In this document: positions 32,631 to 41,163 of the stretch, in pieces | Layout: every line of letters begins with the position of its first letter | Position numbering within the stretch: the stretch's first letter is position 1 | From: Escherichia phage AV119 | Reading direction: 5' to 3' (one strand) | Length of the DNA stretch: 64,000 nucleotides | Sequence record: OR352949.1 | The notes under the pieces: model-generated | The model's input: only the letters and a program-made list of their open reading frames with translations | What the model was told of the DNA's origin: nothing | Database searches by the model: none | Translations under genes and position numbers: made by a program

Positions 32631-32662
32631 TTATAATATCATCAGACACTTGATTTGTAAAC
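32631..32662 (-). promoter_or_regulatory. early-type promoter upstream of asiA
   Basis: minus strand GTTTAC-N16-GATATTATAA. Confidence 0.45.
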
Positions 32663-32762
32663 TGGTCTGTGTTATTTTCTTCAAAAATTTTTTCTACGAA
32701 TTCCTTGAACGACTCGCGTTCCTGAGCTACATTATGCTCGATTACCATTTCAAGATTATGAC

Positions 32763-33041
32763 TCATTCGAAATAATCTTCAATTTCGTAATCATGGACAT
32801 AAATCATTATAGTTTTTAATACATCATCAATACTTTTTCCTGGAGCTGGAATTACGTAAAAATATCCTGCTTTTGAGAGGTCTTTATAAGTTCCAACCAA
32901 GAAATCATTATTCTCGAGATGTAATTCTTCAACTAATTCATTAACAATTGAATGGTATAAATTTGGTAGAAACTTATATAGCTTTTCTAGAATATCAATT
33001 TTGATTGTATATTGAACCACAGATTGAGAATCAATAATCAT
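32763..33041 (-). CDS. arn: Arn anti-restriction nuclease (McrBC inhibitor)
   Basis: 92 aa, acidic; matches T4 Arn length and position. Confidence 0.85.
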   Translation of the reverse strand: MIIDSQSVVQYTIKIDILEKLYKFLPNLYHSIVNELVEELHLENNDFLVGTYKDLSKAGYFYVIPAPGKSIDDVLKTIMIYVHDYEIEDYFE

Positions 33042-33124
33042 AGACCTTCCCCTTATGTTTCTGTTTGCGATTAGATTCTTTAAACGCTTTCTTCTTATCT
33101 TTATGAACAGAAGCTTTATTAAAA

Positions 33125-33343
33125 TTATGCTTTGCGACTAAATTGTTCATAGTGCTGAATTACCTCTCTCAAACATTTGCATGTGAATGAAAACTTTTTA
33201 GCTACACCACATTCAAATATATGTTCTCTTAAATCGCGTGTATCCGTATATCCCATCTCAACAATAAAATGTCGTATTAGATTTTTATCTTTATCATTGA
33301 GAGAATTAAAATAATCGGATTTTGAATTAATTTCCCTGGCCAA
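33125..33343 (-). CDS. hypothetical protein (72 aa), arn.1-like
   Basis: co-oriented ORF. Confidence 0.5.
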   Translation of the reverse strand: MAREINSKSDYFNSLNDKDKNLIRHFIVEMGYTDTRDLREHIFECGVAKKFSFTCKCLREVIQHYEQFSRKA

Positions 33344-33623
33344 ATTGAATCACCTTCAGTTGACGTTTTAGTTCTTTTATCATTTCTTCATTCATCGCAA
33401 TATAAAGATCGCGTAAAGCGGGTTTTAACATTCCATTTACTGGAGAACTAAATGGACATACATAATCTTTTCCTACAAGCTTTTTAGTAAATTCCATATC
33501 ACAGAACTTAAATCCCGGCTCATTGGTATAAATTCCCCAATTAGTTGACATCATTTTATTGGCATATTCTAGTGCCTGGATTTGATTCATAATTCCATCA
33601 ATTTGAAACTTTTTAATATTCAT
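33327..33623 (-). CDS. hypothetical protein (98 aa), arn.2-like
   Basis: co-oriented ORF. Confidence 0.5.
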   Translation of the reverse strand: MNIKKFQIDGIMNQIQALEYANKMMSTNWGIYTNEPGFKFCDMEFTKKLVGKDYVCPFSSPVNGMLKPALRDLYIAMNEEMIKELKRQLKVIQFGQGN

Positions 33624-34084
33624 TAGTAAAGGTCCTCAGAGTAAAGTTCTTTTTCACTACCACCACGTTCAATACGTACTTGTCCAGCGTAAGTTGCAAT
33701 AATCATTGCTTCTTCACGTGTCCAATAATTACTGTATTGGTCAATAAACCCTTGGTCATCATCACAAACTTGTTGAGTAACTAATTGAGGTTTAACTACA
33801 TCTAAAACTTCTGCCATATCTTTAGAATAATGACGAGCACCTGGAATAATAAGAGTTCGTCCATCTTTTAATTTAAAACGGTTGGCTGCACAGACAATTC
33901 GTCGTTGATACTTTTGGTTTTCATCCCAATACGCAGTCTGCCAACAGATTTCAGGAACTTCTTTCAGAATATCTTCTTCTGTGCATTTATAACCATGCGC
34001 TTTAAATTTTTCAGCAAGACTTTCTGGAGTTTCACGAGATAAAGGAACATTCAGCATTTTTAAACGATTGATAAATGGGTTCAT
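33623..34084 (-). CDS. hypothetical protein (153 aa), arn.3-like
   Basis: co-oriented ORF. Confidence 0.55.
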   Translation of the reverse strand: MNPFINRLKMLNVPLSRETPESLAEKFKAHGYKCTEEDILKEVPEICWQTAYWDENQKYQRRIVCAANRFKLKDGRTLIIPGARHYSKDMAEVLDVVKPQLVTQQVCDDDQGFIDQYSNYWTREEAMIIATYAGQVRIERGGSEKELYSEDLY

Positions 34085-34410
34085 TTAAACCATCCTTTAA
34101 TACGTTGCCACAAAGTTTTCTGCTGAGCTTTGTTAACACCAATTGAACGAATAACCGGTTGAGATTCCTGGAATTCTTTATAATCGGCAAGGTAAATTTC
34201 GTAAGCTGCATCCGTAAATGAACTTATCGCTGCCATAAAATTATTGCGAATACCTACTGGAGCATCTTTACTTTCACGAATAATCATGTATTTACCAGTC
34301 TTAATCTTTACGATAGTTCCAAGATAAGCTCCATGGTACCAGATGTCCCAACCCTCTTGAGTAGGTTCTACACAACGACGAAGTTCATTGACAATTTCTA
34401 ACTTGTTCAT
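34081..34410 (-). CDS. hypothetical protein (109 aa), arn.4-like
   Basis: co-oriented ORF. Confidence 0.55.
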   Translation of the reverse strand: MNKLEIVNELRRCVEPTQEGWDIWYHGAYLGTIVKIKTGKYMIIRESKDAPVGIRNNFMAAISSFTDAAYEIYLADYKEFQESQPVIRSIGVNKAQQKTLWQRIKGWFK

Positions 34411-34420
34411 TATTTATTCC

Positions 34421-35056
34421 TCACAGTTCAGATGCTACAGTGATTACAGCTTCAATGTTTTCTGCCGAGCGTTTAATGTCAAGATACACATTACCGTTTT
34501 TAGCGATTTTACATGACATTCCGATATCAGTAAATTTCTGAATATGATGTTCCATCATTTTGTATCCAAAAATTCGCATATTTCCATTATTGTTAATTTC
34601 AAAATTACGAATTCCGTGAGTGCGTTTTTCTAAAATGGCAAGATAATTACTACGATAAGTTTCAACCTTTTTAAGAACAAATCCATTTTCATCTAAAAGT
34701 TTTAACATGAGGTCTTTATCTTCTTCCATATCAGAAGTAATCTCACGAGCTTTACGAGTTGCTCGTTTTTTCAGTAGTTCCGGAGCATTTTCCTGCGCGT
34801 ATAAAGTTGCTGCGTTTGAAATAATATCTTGAGCTTCACCTGTAATGATTAATCCATCACCAGATTTCTCCACCAGGCCTTTTTTAATCAATACCCCAAT
34901 ATTACTATTAACTACTGCGTTACCTAAATCTGGATGCACCTCACGAACTTCTGCGGCTGTAATGAAATCTTTCTTAGCAATAGTAATTAAAATCGCAGCA
35001 GTTTTTTCATTCAGAACATCGTTAGAAGCTTTGATGATGTAAGTCACTTTAGACAT
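34421..35056 (-). CDS. motA: MotA middle-transcription activator
   Basis: 211 aa, matches T4 MotA. Confidence 0.92.
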   Translation of the reverse strand: MSKVTYIIKASNDVLNEKTAAILITIAKKDFITAAEVREVHPDLGNAVVNSNIGVLIKKGLVEKSGDGLIITGEAQDIISNAATLYAQENAPELLKKRATRKAREITSDMEEDKDLMLKLLDENGFVLKKVETYRSNYLAILEKRTHGIRNFEINNNGNMRIFGYKMMEHHIQKFTDIGMSCKIAKNGNVYLDIKRSAENIEAVITVASEL

Positions 35057-35160
35057 TTTAATCTCCGTTTCAGTTCATTTATTTGATAGGTCTATAGTAT
35101 CATGTTTAAAGCAGAAGTAAACACTTTTTGCACTCTTTTTCAAGAGCTCTAATAAAGTAC

Positions 35161-35388
35161 TTACTTAATGTTCAGATTACGAACTTCGATTTCGTCTTCA
35201 TGGGCAAAATCAAACTGTTTGAATTCTGTGTCACCTTTAAATTTAAAAATCATTGTGAAGAAAGTCAGAACACCAGGTTTTTCTTCACGAACTCCACAGA
35301 TATCATATTCAATACCATCTACAACCAGTTTGTTAGCAGTCAGAGCATTTTTAGCTTTAACGATTTCGTTTTCGATTTTAAATTTCAT
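35161..35388 (-). CDS. hypothetical protein (75 aa), motA.1-like
   Basis: co-oriented ORF downstream of promoter 35445..35467. Confidence 0.55.
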   Translation of the reverse strand: MKFKIENEIVKAKNALTANKLVVDGIEYDICGVREEKPGVLTFFTMIFKFKGDTEFKQFDFAHEDEIEVRNLNIK

Positions 35389-35444
35389 TTTTTGTATCTC
35401 CGGGTTGTTTGTTTCAGTTCATTTATTTGATAGTTGTATAGTAC

Positions 35445-35467
35445 CACAGTATGCTTTGGTTGTAAAC
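35445..35467 (-). promoter_or_regulatory. early-type promoter (GTTTAC-N17-GGTACTATAC)
   Basis: near-identical to promoter at 18403..18435. Confidence 0.45.
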
Positions 35468-35492
35468 CGTTTTGTGAAAAAATTTTTGAAAT

Positions 35493-35518
35493 AAAAAAGG
35501 GAGAGCCGAGGCTCTCCC
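35493..35518 (-). terminator. rho-independent terminator (gggagagcc-gag-ggctctccc + U-tract)
   Basis: 9-bp stem preceded by A6 on plus strand. Confidence 0.55.
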
Positions 35519-35523
35519 TAAAA

Positions 35524-35673
35524 TTACTGCATGACTGTGATAACTGTCATGATAACACGTTGAATTCCGAACGCAAGAAGACCTCCTGCTACGGCAGGAA
35601 CAACACCTAAACCCGCCAGTAAAATGCCACCAGATACTAATGCAGCGCTTGTGATACCAATGAATGGACTCAT
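35524..35673 (-). CDS. small hydrophobic membrane protein (49 aa), translationally coupled to gene 52
   Basis: ATG overlaps gene 52 stop (ATGA); Gly/Ala-rich TM helix; not in ORF track. Confidence 0.45.
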   Translation of the reverse strand: MSPFIGITSAALVSGGILLAGLGVVPAVAGGLLAFGIQRVIMTVITVMQ

Positions 35674-36998
35674 TTGATTTCCTCTAAATCTTTGGTGTAT
35701 TCTGTAACTACATCAGTAGTTTTCCAATATTCGTTTTCTTCTTTTTTGGCTTTAGCTTCTTCAGCAAGTTTCTTTGCTTCGTCGGAAGTCATATGAAAAA
35801 TGTTCATTCCAACTAGTTTATCAACATAAGAAGAATACACATCAATTTTAGAAAGTTCTTCGGTCAGTTCTTTGCGAGTTTTACCTTGTACAACAATTTC
35901 ACCTGAAATTACTTTCTTAATGAAATGTGCCTTGGCAAAAGCTAAACGAAATGCTGATTCAGTTTCTTTGATTTTGTTATCAATTCGTTTTTGGACATAA
36001 GTTTTACGAACTTCAACGAAGTCTTTGATTAAATCAACTACATTATCGTAAACTTGCAGCTTTCCTTTCTCATTAATGACGGTAATATTCTGGGAACGAC
36101 GCTCAATCAACCCGAAGTCTTTCATAATTTTTGCATGGCGTTCTTCTTCATTATCGCTCAAAGAGTATTCTTTTCGGAATTTAACTTTGAAGCCAAAGCC
36201 ATGCTCACCACAAGCATCATCCCATGTAATGAAGCCTTTATCTTCAAGCGGGTCTAAGATTTTACTCACATAAGTTTCACGATCATACTTATATGGAATC
36301 TCAGTGATATGCATTTGAGTTCGTGAAGTAAACTTATATGTTCCACGAATTTCATATTGCCCATCAATTTCAACGACTTCACCACGAAATTCTGGGAATT
36401 CTACCTTCGGTTTAGTTACTTTCTTTCCTTGAAGAGCTTGCAGTACAGCTTTCTTGACAGAAGAAACACTATGAGGAAGAATGTAAGTTGCATAACCAGT
36501 TGCAATACCGGAAACGCCATTAAGAAGAACAGTAGGAATAATAGGCAAATAGAAAGCAGGCGGAATGTGTTCTTTATCTTGATGTACTGGAGCATATTCA
36601 GTATCTTTATATACGTTATAGAAATTTTTACTTACACGAGCAAAAATATAACGACTTGCTGCTGCCTTTTGGACAGTACGAGAACCAAAGTTTCCTTGAC
36701 CGTCTAACAGAGGAAAGTTATTATTCCAAGTGTTAGCCATCAAAGCACCTGCGTCTTGCGCAGAGTTTTCACCATGATGATATCCAAGGTCAGCTACACC
36801 GCCTGCGATAGAAGCGAGTTTGTGAAACTTATCTTTATTTCCTCGTGCCAAATCAAGAGCTCGAGCAATAACAAATCGTTGAACTGGCTTAAATCCGTCA
36901 ATCATATTTGGAATGGCACGATTTTCAACCGTGTACATAGCATAAGCCAATGCTTCATTATCAATGATACTTTTTAAATCACGATTATTCAGTTGCAT
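35670..36998 (-). CDS. 52: DNA topoisomerase II medium subunit (GyrA-like)
   Basis: 442 aa, same length as T4 gp52. Confidence 0.92.
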   Translation of the reverse strand: MQLNNRDLKSIIDNEALAYAMYTVENRAIPNMIDGFKPVQRFVIARALDLARGNKDKFHKLASIAGGVADLGYHHGENSAQDAGALMANTWNNNFPLLDGQGNFGSRTVQKAAASRYIFARVSKNFYNVYKDTEYAPVHQDKEHIPPAFYLPIIPTVLLNGVSGIATGYATYILPHSVSSVKKAVLQALQGKKVTKPKVEFPEFRGEVVEIDGQYEIRGTYKFTSRTQMHITEIPYKYDRETYVSKILDPLEDKGFITWDDACGEHGFGFKVKFRKEYSLSDNEEERHAKIMKDFGLIERRSQNITVINEKGKLQVYDNVVDLIKDFVEVRKTYVQKRIDNKIKETESAFRLAFAKAHFIKKVISGEIVVQGKTRKELTEELSKIDVYSSYVDKLVGMNIFHMTSDEAKKLAEEAKAKKEENEYWKTTDVVTEYTKDLEEIK

Positions 36999-37002
36999 AA
37001 AT

Positions 37003-37143
37003 TTACCATACTAGTGAATGTAGTGCCATAATAACATCAGAAATGAAAAGCACGACTTGAATTAATCCGAACATTATTCCGTAATATAATGCTATCAATA
37101 AAATAGCAAGGGCTAATGAATAGCCCAAGATTTTCTTAATCAT
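37003..37143 (-). CDS. small hydrophobic protein (46 aa), 52.1-like
   Basis: ATG overlaps ac stop (ATGATTAA); hydrophobic; not in ORF track. Confidence 0.4.
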   Translation of the reverse strand: MIKKILGYSLALAILLIALYYGIMFGLIQVVLFISDVIMALHSLVW

Positions 37144-37294
37144 TAGTAGATAACAACACAAATGTTAAATATGCACACATACCCTGAGCTAAAGCTTGCG
37201 AAAACACACTGCTGGCATCAATACAGATAGTTAAAACACATGCTACTATCCAACAAATAAATGAAATAACTCCTAATAATTTTGCGATATTCAT
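37136..37294 (-). CDS. ac: Ac-like small membrane protein (52 aa)
   Basis: size and position between stp and 52 match T4 ac; hydrophobic. Confidence 0.5.
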   Translation of the reverse strand: MNIAKLLGVISFICWIVACVLTICIDASSVFSQALAQGMCAYLTFVLLSTND

Positions 37295-37301
37295 ATTTTC
37301 C

Positions 37302-37382
37302 TCACTGGCGTCCGAAGACGCCTTTAGTTTTAAGATTATTACGATAGAACTGCATCACGTGTTCGTTGTGGAAATTACTCAT
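37302..37382 (-). CDS. stp: Stp peptide (26 aa), activator of host PrrC anticodon nuclease
   Basis: translates to [26 protein letters not shown]; ATG overlaps ndd stop (TAATG). Confidence 0.7.
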
Positions 37383-37840
37383 TAATATGCCTGCAAAACG
37401 AATTTAAAATTATCAGCCAACATACGGTTCATTTCTTCAAGTGTTTGATACTCAGAATGATGATTACGAGTAAACGCTAAAGCTAACTGTCCTTTTCCAA
37501 ATCCCGTCGTCAGAGGTTTCATCTTAGAAGCAGGCAGATAAAATACTGTGTATACCATATTGTTATTTGCAATAGTACGTGCAAGCTGAGACCGACGTTG
37601 ACGAATATGACTTAGAACTGCACTGAATCCTTGCTTAGAACGCTGATTACCTACATAAAATCGTGCAGACACACATGGATTACTAAATGGACGACCATCT
37701 AATTTACTTACTAAAAAATAAAATCCAGGTTTAGATAAAATATCTTTATGCGGAGTTCCCAAAAACCACTCACCACCCTTGATTGTACCAATAACAGTAG
37801 CGCCTGCATTATTCAGATCAGTAACAGTCATGTATTTCAT
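37382..37840 (-). CDS. ndd: Ndd nucleoid disruption protein
   Basis: 151 aa from MKYMTV (ORF track extends to 37888); matches T4 Ndd. Confidence 0.85.
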
Positions 37841-37900
37841 ATTAATTTCCTCTAAATTATTTTCTACTCCAAGGCCGCATGAATACACGCGGCCATTAAA

Positions 37901-38116
37901 TTAATCGTCGCAGTCGACGCTCAATTCCCAAAACTCTTCTACGGTATAAGTTTCAGTATCATTTTCAATACAGAAACGTTCATTACTGTTATTTGCTAAA
38001 GTAGCATTAACTGTCATTTTTTCGCTAGTGCTCTTAAGAGGTGAAATACGAATTAACTGATCACCGTTATCTAAACAAAAAATTTCACCAACTTTTACAT
38101 CTTTAAAACTTTTCAT
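37901..38116 (-). CDS. hypothetical protein (71 aa), ndd.x-like
   Basis: co-oriented ORF. Confidence 0.5.
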   Translation of the reverse strand: MKSFKDVKVGEIFCLDNGDQLIRISPLKSTSEKMTVNATLANNSNERFCIENDTETYTVEEFWELSVDCDD

Positions 38117-38231
38117 AATTCACCTCAAGGAGTATAAAATCCAAACGCAGTTGTTGACCATCCCATCCAATATGGAAAATTTGCACCAATGTAAAACATA
38201 AGAATATAAAACCAACCGCTCAGCAAATTCA

Positions 38232-38429
38232 TCATTTTACACCATTCCAAATTGTTTCAACCACGGATTTTAAACCATTTTGATGAATATCCATTCCGAC
38301 TACTGCCATCAAATAGATTCCAACTACAACTGAACCTAAGGCAAAAATCAGCATGAAAATGAATAAAGCCGGAAAAATATTATCGAAAAACCATTCAATA
38401 AATGTAAAAGCACTGCGTTTACGCTTCAT
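38232..38429 (-). CDS. small membrane protein (65 aa from MKRKRS)
   Basis: RBS GAGGAAAAT before ATG 38429; TM segment. Confidence 0.45.
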   Translation of the reverse strand: MKRKRSAFTFIEWFFDNIFPALFIFMLIFALGSVVVGIYLMAVVGMDIHQNGLKSVVETIWNGVK

Positions 38430-38436
38430 ATTTTCC

Positions 38437-38550
38437 TCACATAAATCCAAAGTAAACGTTTAATACATCAATCATTAAAACGATTGGGAATATACTCAAA
38501 ACTATTAGTATTATAACTACATTCCATATAGCTTTAACAATCTTTTTCAT
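38437..38550 (-). CDS. small membrane protein (37 aa from MKKIVK)
   Basis: RBS GGAGG before ATG 38550, immediately downstream of promoter 38575..38608. Confidence 0.45.
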   Translation of the reverse strand: MKKIVKAIWNVVIILIVLSIFPIVLMIDVLNVYFGFM

Positions 38551-38574
38551 TTTCTGTTCCTCCGTAGTTGATAG

Positions 38575-38608
38575 GGTAATAGTACCACGGAAGAACAGTC
38601 TTGTAAAC
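38575..38608 (-). promoter_or_regulatory. early-type promoter
   Basis: minus strand GTTTAC (38608..38603) and GGTACTATTACC. Confidence 0.45.
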
Positions 38609-38793
38609 AACTTTTTTAAAAATATTCGTAATAAATGTGAATACCAATCACTACTGCCGAAACTTGTGCAACCCACCATGCACACGCAATAAGTACAGAA
38701 TTCAAAATTTTCATAATAACCTCATCACAAAAGTAAATGTTAAACAAATTACTGGAATACTAATTAACCAAACAAAACACCAACATAATGAAC

Positions 38794-39057
38794 TCATAGT
38801 TCAATCTCAACGATTTCCAAGTGTTTTTGTTTTATTGCCTTTTTAACACAATCATGGACTAAATATGACCATGAATCATTATATTCTCCATTAACTAATC
38901 GTTGGAGATCTTCACGTGATGATAAGTAAGGTTGATCTGATTCCCATTTTGATAAAAATACTGCAGTAAAAATATCTCCTTCATCTGTAGTTGAAGTCGT
39001 AAATGCAATAAATTCACCGGTAATTTTATGTTTAGCGTAATAAAATTTAAATTTCAT
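38794..39057 (-). CDS. hypothetical protein (87 aa from MKFKFYY), ndd.x-like
   Basis: RBS GGAGG before ATG 39057; promoter 39083..39114 upstream. Confidence 0.5.
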   Translation of the reverse strand: MKFKFYYAKHKITGEFIAFTTSTTDEGDIFTAVFLSKWESDQPYLSSREDLQRLVNGEYNDSWSYLVHDCVKKAIKQKHLEIVEIEL

Positions 39058-39082
39058 TTTTACTCCTCCGTAGCTGATAGTT

Positions 39083-39114
39083 GTATAGTACCACGGTCCT
39101 TGTGGTATGTAAAC
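39083..39114 (-). promoter_or_regulatory. early-type promoter (GTTTAC-N16-GGTACTATAC)
   Basis: between denB stop and next ORF. Confidence 0.45.
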
Positions 39115-39131
39115 TGTTTTGTGAAAATTTT

Positions 39132-39689
39132 TTAAATGGAAAGATACCATCCATTGTAGTTGCTTTTTCTTACAACCTTACGAAGGTCTTCTCTGTCACC
39201 GATGAACTTCGGAGTGTACTGGATGACACCTGGATGAATTTCTTTAGTGTTGAATATAATTATACAGTCAGCGACTTGATGATTTAGAATGGGCCCTAGA
39301 TTTATTCCAGAACCGTATGGATACTCTCCGCTGCATCCTGTTGTTACAGAAATCCAACGTGAGCCAGTTTGATGTGTCTTAACTTCTACACGAAGCCCAC
39401 AGTATTTTGGATGTGCTAAAACATCCCACGCGTATGTATATGGATCATCGACATCTTCTTGACCTTTATTAACATACCCGCTTAGCCAATCTGCTACAAA
39501 AAACTCTGCGTATACAGCAATACGACATCTTTCAATAACTTCTGCTTTATCCTGGTTCGGGTTTTGTTTTAAAGAGTATCTTGCAGTATCAGCAATTTTG
39601 ACCTTCATTTCACTAGTCAAGTCACTGTTCGATAGGGTAAATGTCGGAATCTGAAATAGTCTCTGTAAACCCGGATTCGTTTTCTGCAT
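39132..39689 (-). CDS. denB: endonuclease IV (dC-specific)
   Basis: 185 aa, matches T4 DenB. Confidence 0.88.
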   Translation of the reverse strand: MQKTNPGLQRLFQIPTFTLSNSDLTSEMKVKIADTARYSLKQNPNQDKAEVIERCRIAVYAEFFVADWLSGYVNKGQEDVDDPYTYAWDVLAHPKYCGLRVEVKTHQTGSRWISVTTGCSGEYPYGSGINLGPILNHQVADCIIIFNTKEIHPGVIQYTPKFIGDREDLRKVVRKSNYNGWYLSI

Positions 39690-39951
39690 TTAGACTTTCC
39701 TTTTTACCACTGAGATAAGCGTTATATACTTTAAGAGTGCCGTAATAAATTCGGTCATTTTCATCTAAAGACTCGCGGTCAAGTTCATCGAGCTCCTTTT
39801 TATCCATGACTATAACATCATTACAGTAAAGAAACCCAAGTTTTTCGTGACCAAACTCAAATTTATTACAGTACACAATATTAGCGTGATGATTTCCGTG
39901 CAGTTTAATCTCTTTTATGTCGGAATCACCGATATTCATACAATAAATCAT
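39622..39951 (-). CDS. hypothetical acidic protein (109 aa), overlaps denB start
   Basis: RBS AAGGAAAAA before ATG 39951. Confidence 0.5.
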   Translation of the reverse strand: MIYCMNIGDSDIKEIKLHGNHHANIVYCNKFEFGHEKLGFLYCNDVIVMDKKELDELDRESLDENDRIYYGTLKVYNAYLSGKKESLNAENESGFTETISDSDIYPIEQ

Positions 39952-39966
39952 AATTTTTCCTTAAAA

Positions 39967-39990
39967 CAAAAGGGCCGAAGCCCTTTTGTT
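39967..39990 (-). terminator. hairpin (gggc-cgaa-gccc) flanked by A-run and T-run, potentially bidirectional
   Basis: aaaagggccgaagcccttttgtttt. Confidence 0.45.
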
Positions 39991-40185
39991 TTACTTGAAT
40001 TGTGCAATTCTTTTCTCTAGACATTCAGCATAAGATTTCATTGAGATGAACTGTGAAAGTAGCAGTTCTTGCTCAACTACACTAACTGTTAGAAACTTTG
40101 CGCTTTCTAAAAATTTACTCAGTGCATTAATTTTGAGCATTAATTGATCGTATTCTTCTTTTACTCGTGCTTGATAACCTAACAT
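39991..40185 (-). CDS. hypothetical protein (64 aa)
   Basis: co-oriented ORF between rIIB and denB. Confidence 0.45.
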   Translation of the reverse strand: MLGYQARVKEEYDQLMLKINALSKFLESAKFLTVSVVEQELLLSQFISMKSYAECLEKRIAQFK

Positions 40186-40213
40186 AATTTTCCTTAGTTA
40201 AGGGCCGAAGCCC

Positions 40214-41152
40214 TTATTTAAATTGTTCAGTAACGTCTTCAACTACTTCGTATTGGCAGGTACGCATTTTAGCGTCGTTGTAATCAATCGGAATTGATAC
40301 CACATCGCGAGGATGCACTTTAACTTTTACGACTCGGCTGGTTGAACTGCCAAAGTGACGAATATAAGATTTAGAACACACATGCAGACCACGAGAACAA
40401 GTTTGTGTATCATCGTCATTCACACGAGTACGTGGCATTTTAACTACTTTACCCGGACTGTTATCAAAGGTATTTGAGTGACAGTCAAAGTAATTGCTGC
40501 GAACTACTTTCCAAGCATAGAAGTAGCCATCTTCTGTAATTTCAATATCGTTTGCTACCAAGAAATCAAAGAGTCGAGATACCGCTTTTTGGCTTGGGTT
40601 TTCCAGCAGATTTTCCAAGAACGGAAAATAAAATTCAAAGTTTTCGCCTTTTTCCATCGAGTCAAGAATACGATCAACCAAACCAGACCGCAATTCAATA
40701 TTTTGATAGAACAAGCTTCCACCTTCAATTCGAACATCGCCGGAAATATATTTTTCAACAGCGCGACGAACATTAATTTTTTGTGCTGCTTCTTCCAGCT
40801 TATCCGCTACAAGCAGATTAAGAATTTCCTGGAAGTTTGAATGAGTATTAGGAGTTGCGTTATAAGTTACACCGTCAACAGTAATTGAAATGAATTTTTT
40901 AGATGCATTCCAAATAATGTCAGATTTAGCAACTGGAGCAATAACTGCATCGCTATTAACTTTAACTGTAATATCACCACTAATAGTAACTTTAGGGCGT
41001 TTAGCTTCTTCGGCATTTTTCAAAACACGACGGATTGTATCAACCGATACACCTTGCCAATCAGCCAATTCCTGTTGGGTGTAATTACCACTTGAATACA
41101 GTTTAACAATTTCAGCTTGTTCGTTTTTGGTCAGGCATTTAATATTGTACAT
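40214..41152 (-). CDS. rIIB: rIIB
   Basis: 312 aa, matches T4 rIIB. Confidence 0.92.
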   Translation of the reverse strand: MYNIKCLTKNEQAEIVKLYSSGNYTQQELADWQGVSVDTIRRVLKNAEEAKRPKVTISGDITVKVNSDAVIAPVAKSDIIWNASKKFISITVDGVTYNATPNTHSNFQEILNLLVADKLEEAAQKINVRRAVEKYISGDVRIEGGSLFYQNIELRSGLVDRILDSMEKGENFEFYFPFLENLLENPSQKAVSRLFDFLVANDIEITEDGYFYAWKVVRSNYFDCHSNTFDNSPGKVVKMPRTRVNDDDTQTCSRGLHVCSKSYIRHFGSSTSRVVKVKVHPRDVVSIPIDYNDAKMRTCQYEVVEDVTEQFK

Positions 41153-41163
41153 AATTTTCCTTA

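Noticed and set aside
32611-32748. Possible 46-aa minus-strand ORF between arn and asiA
   Set aside because: Weak RBS, and the asiA promoter lies inside it; kept only as a low-probability candidate.
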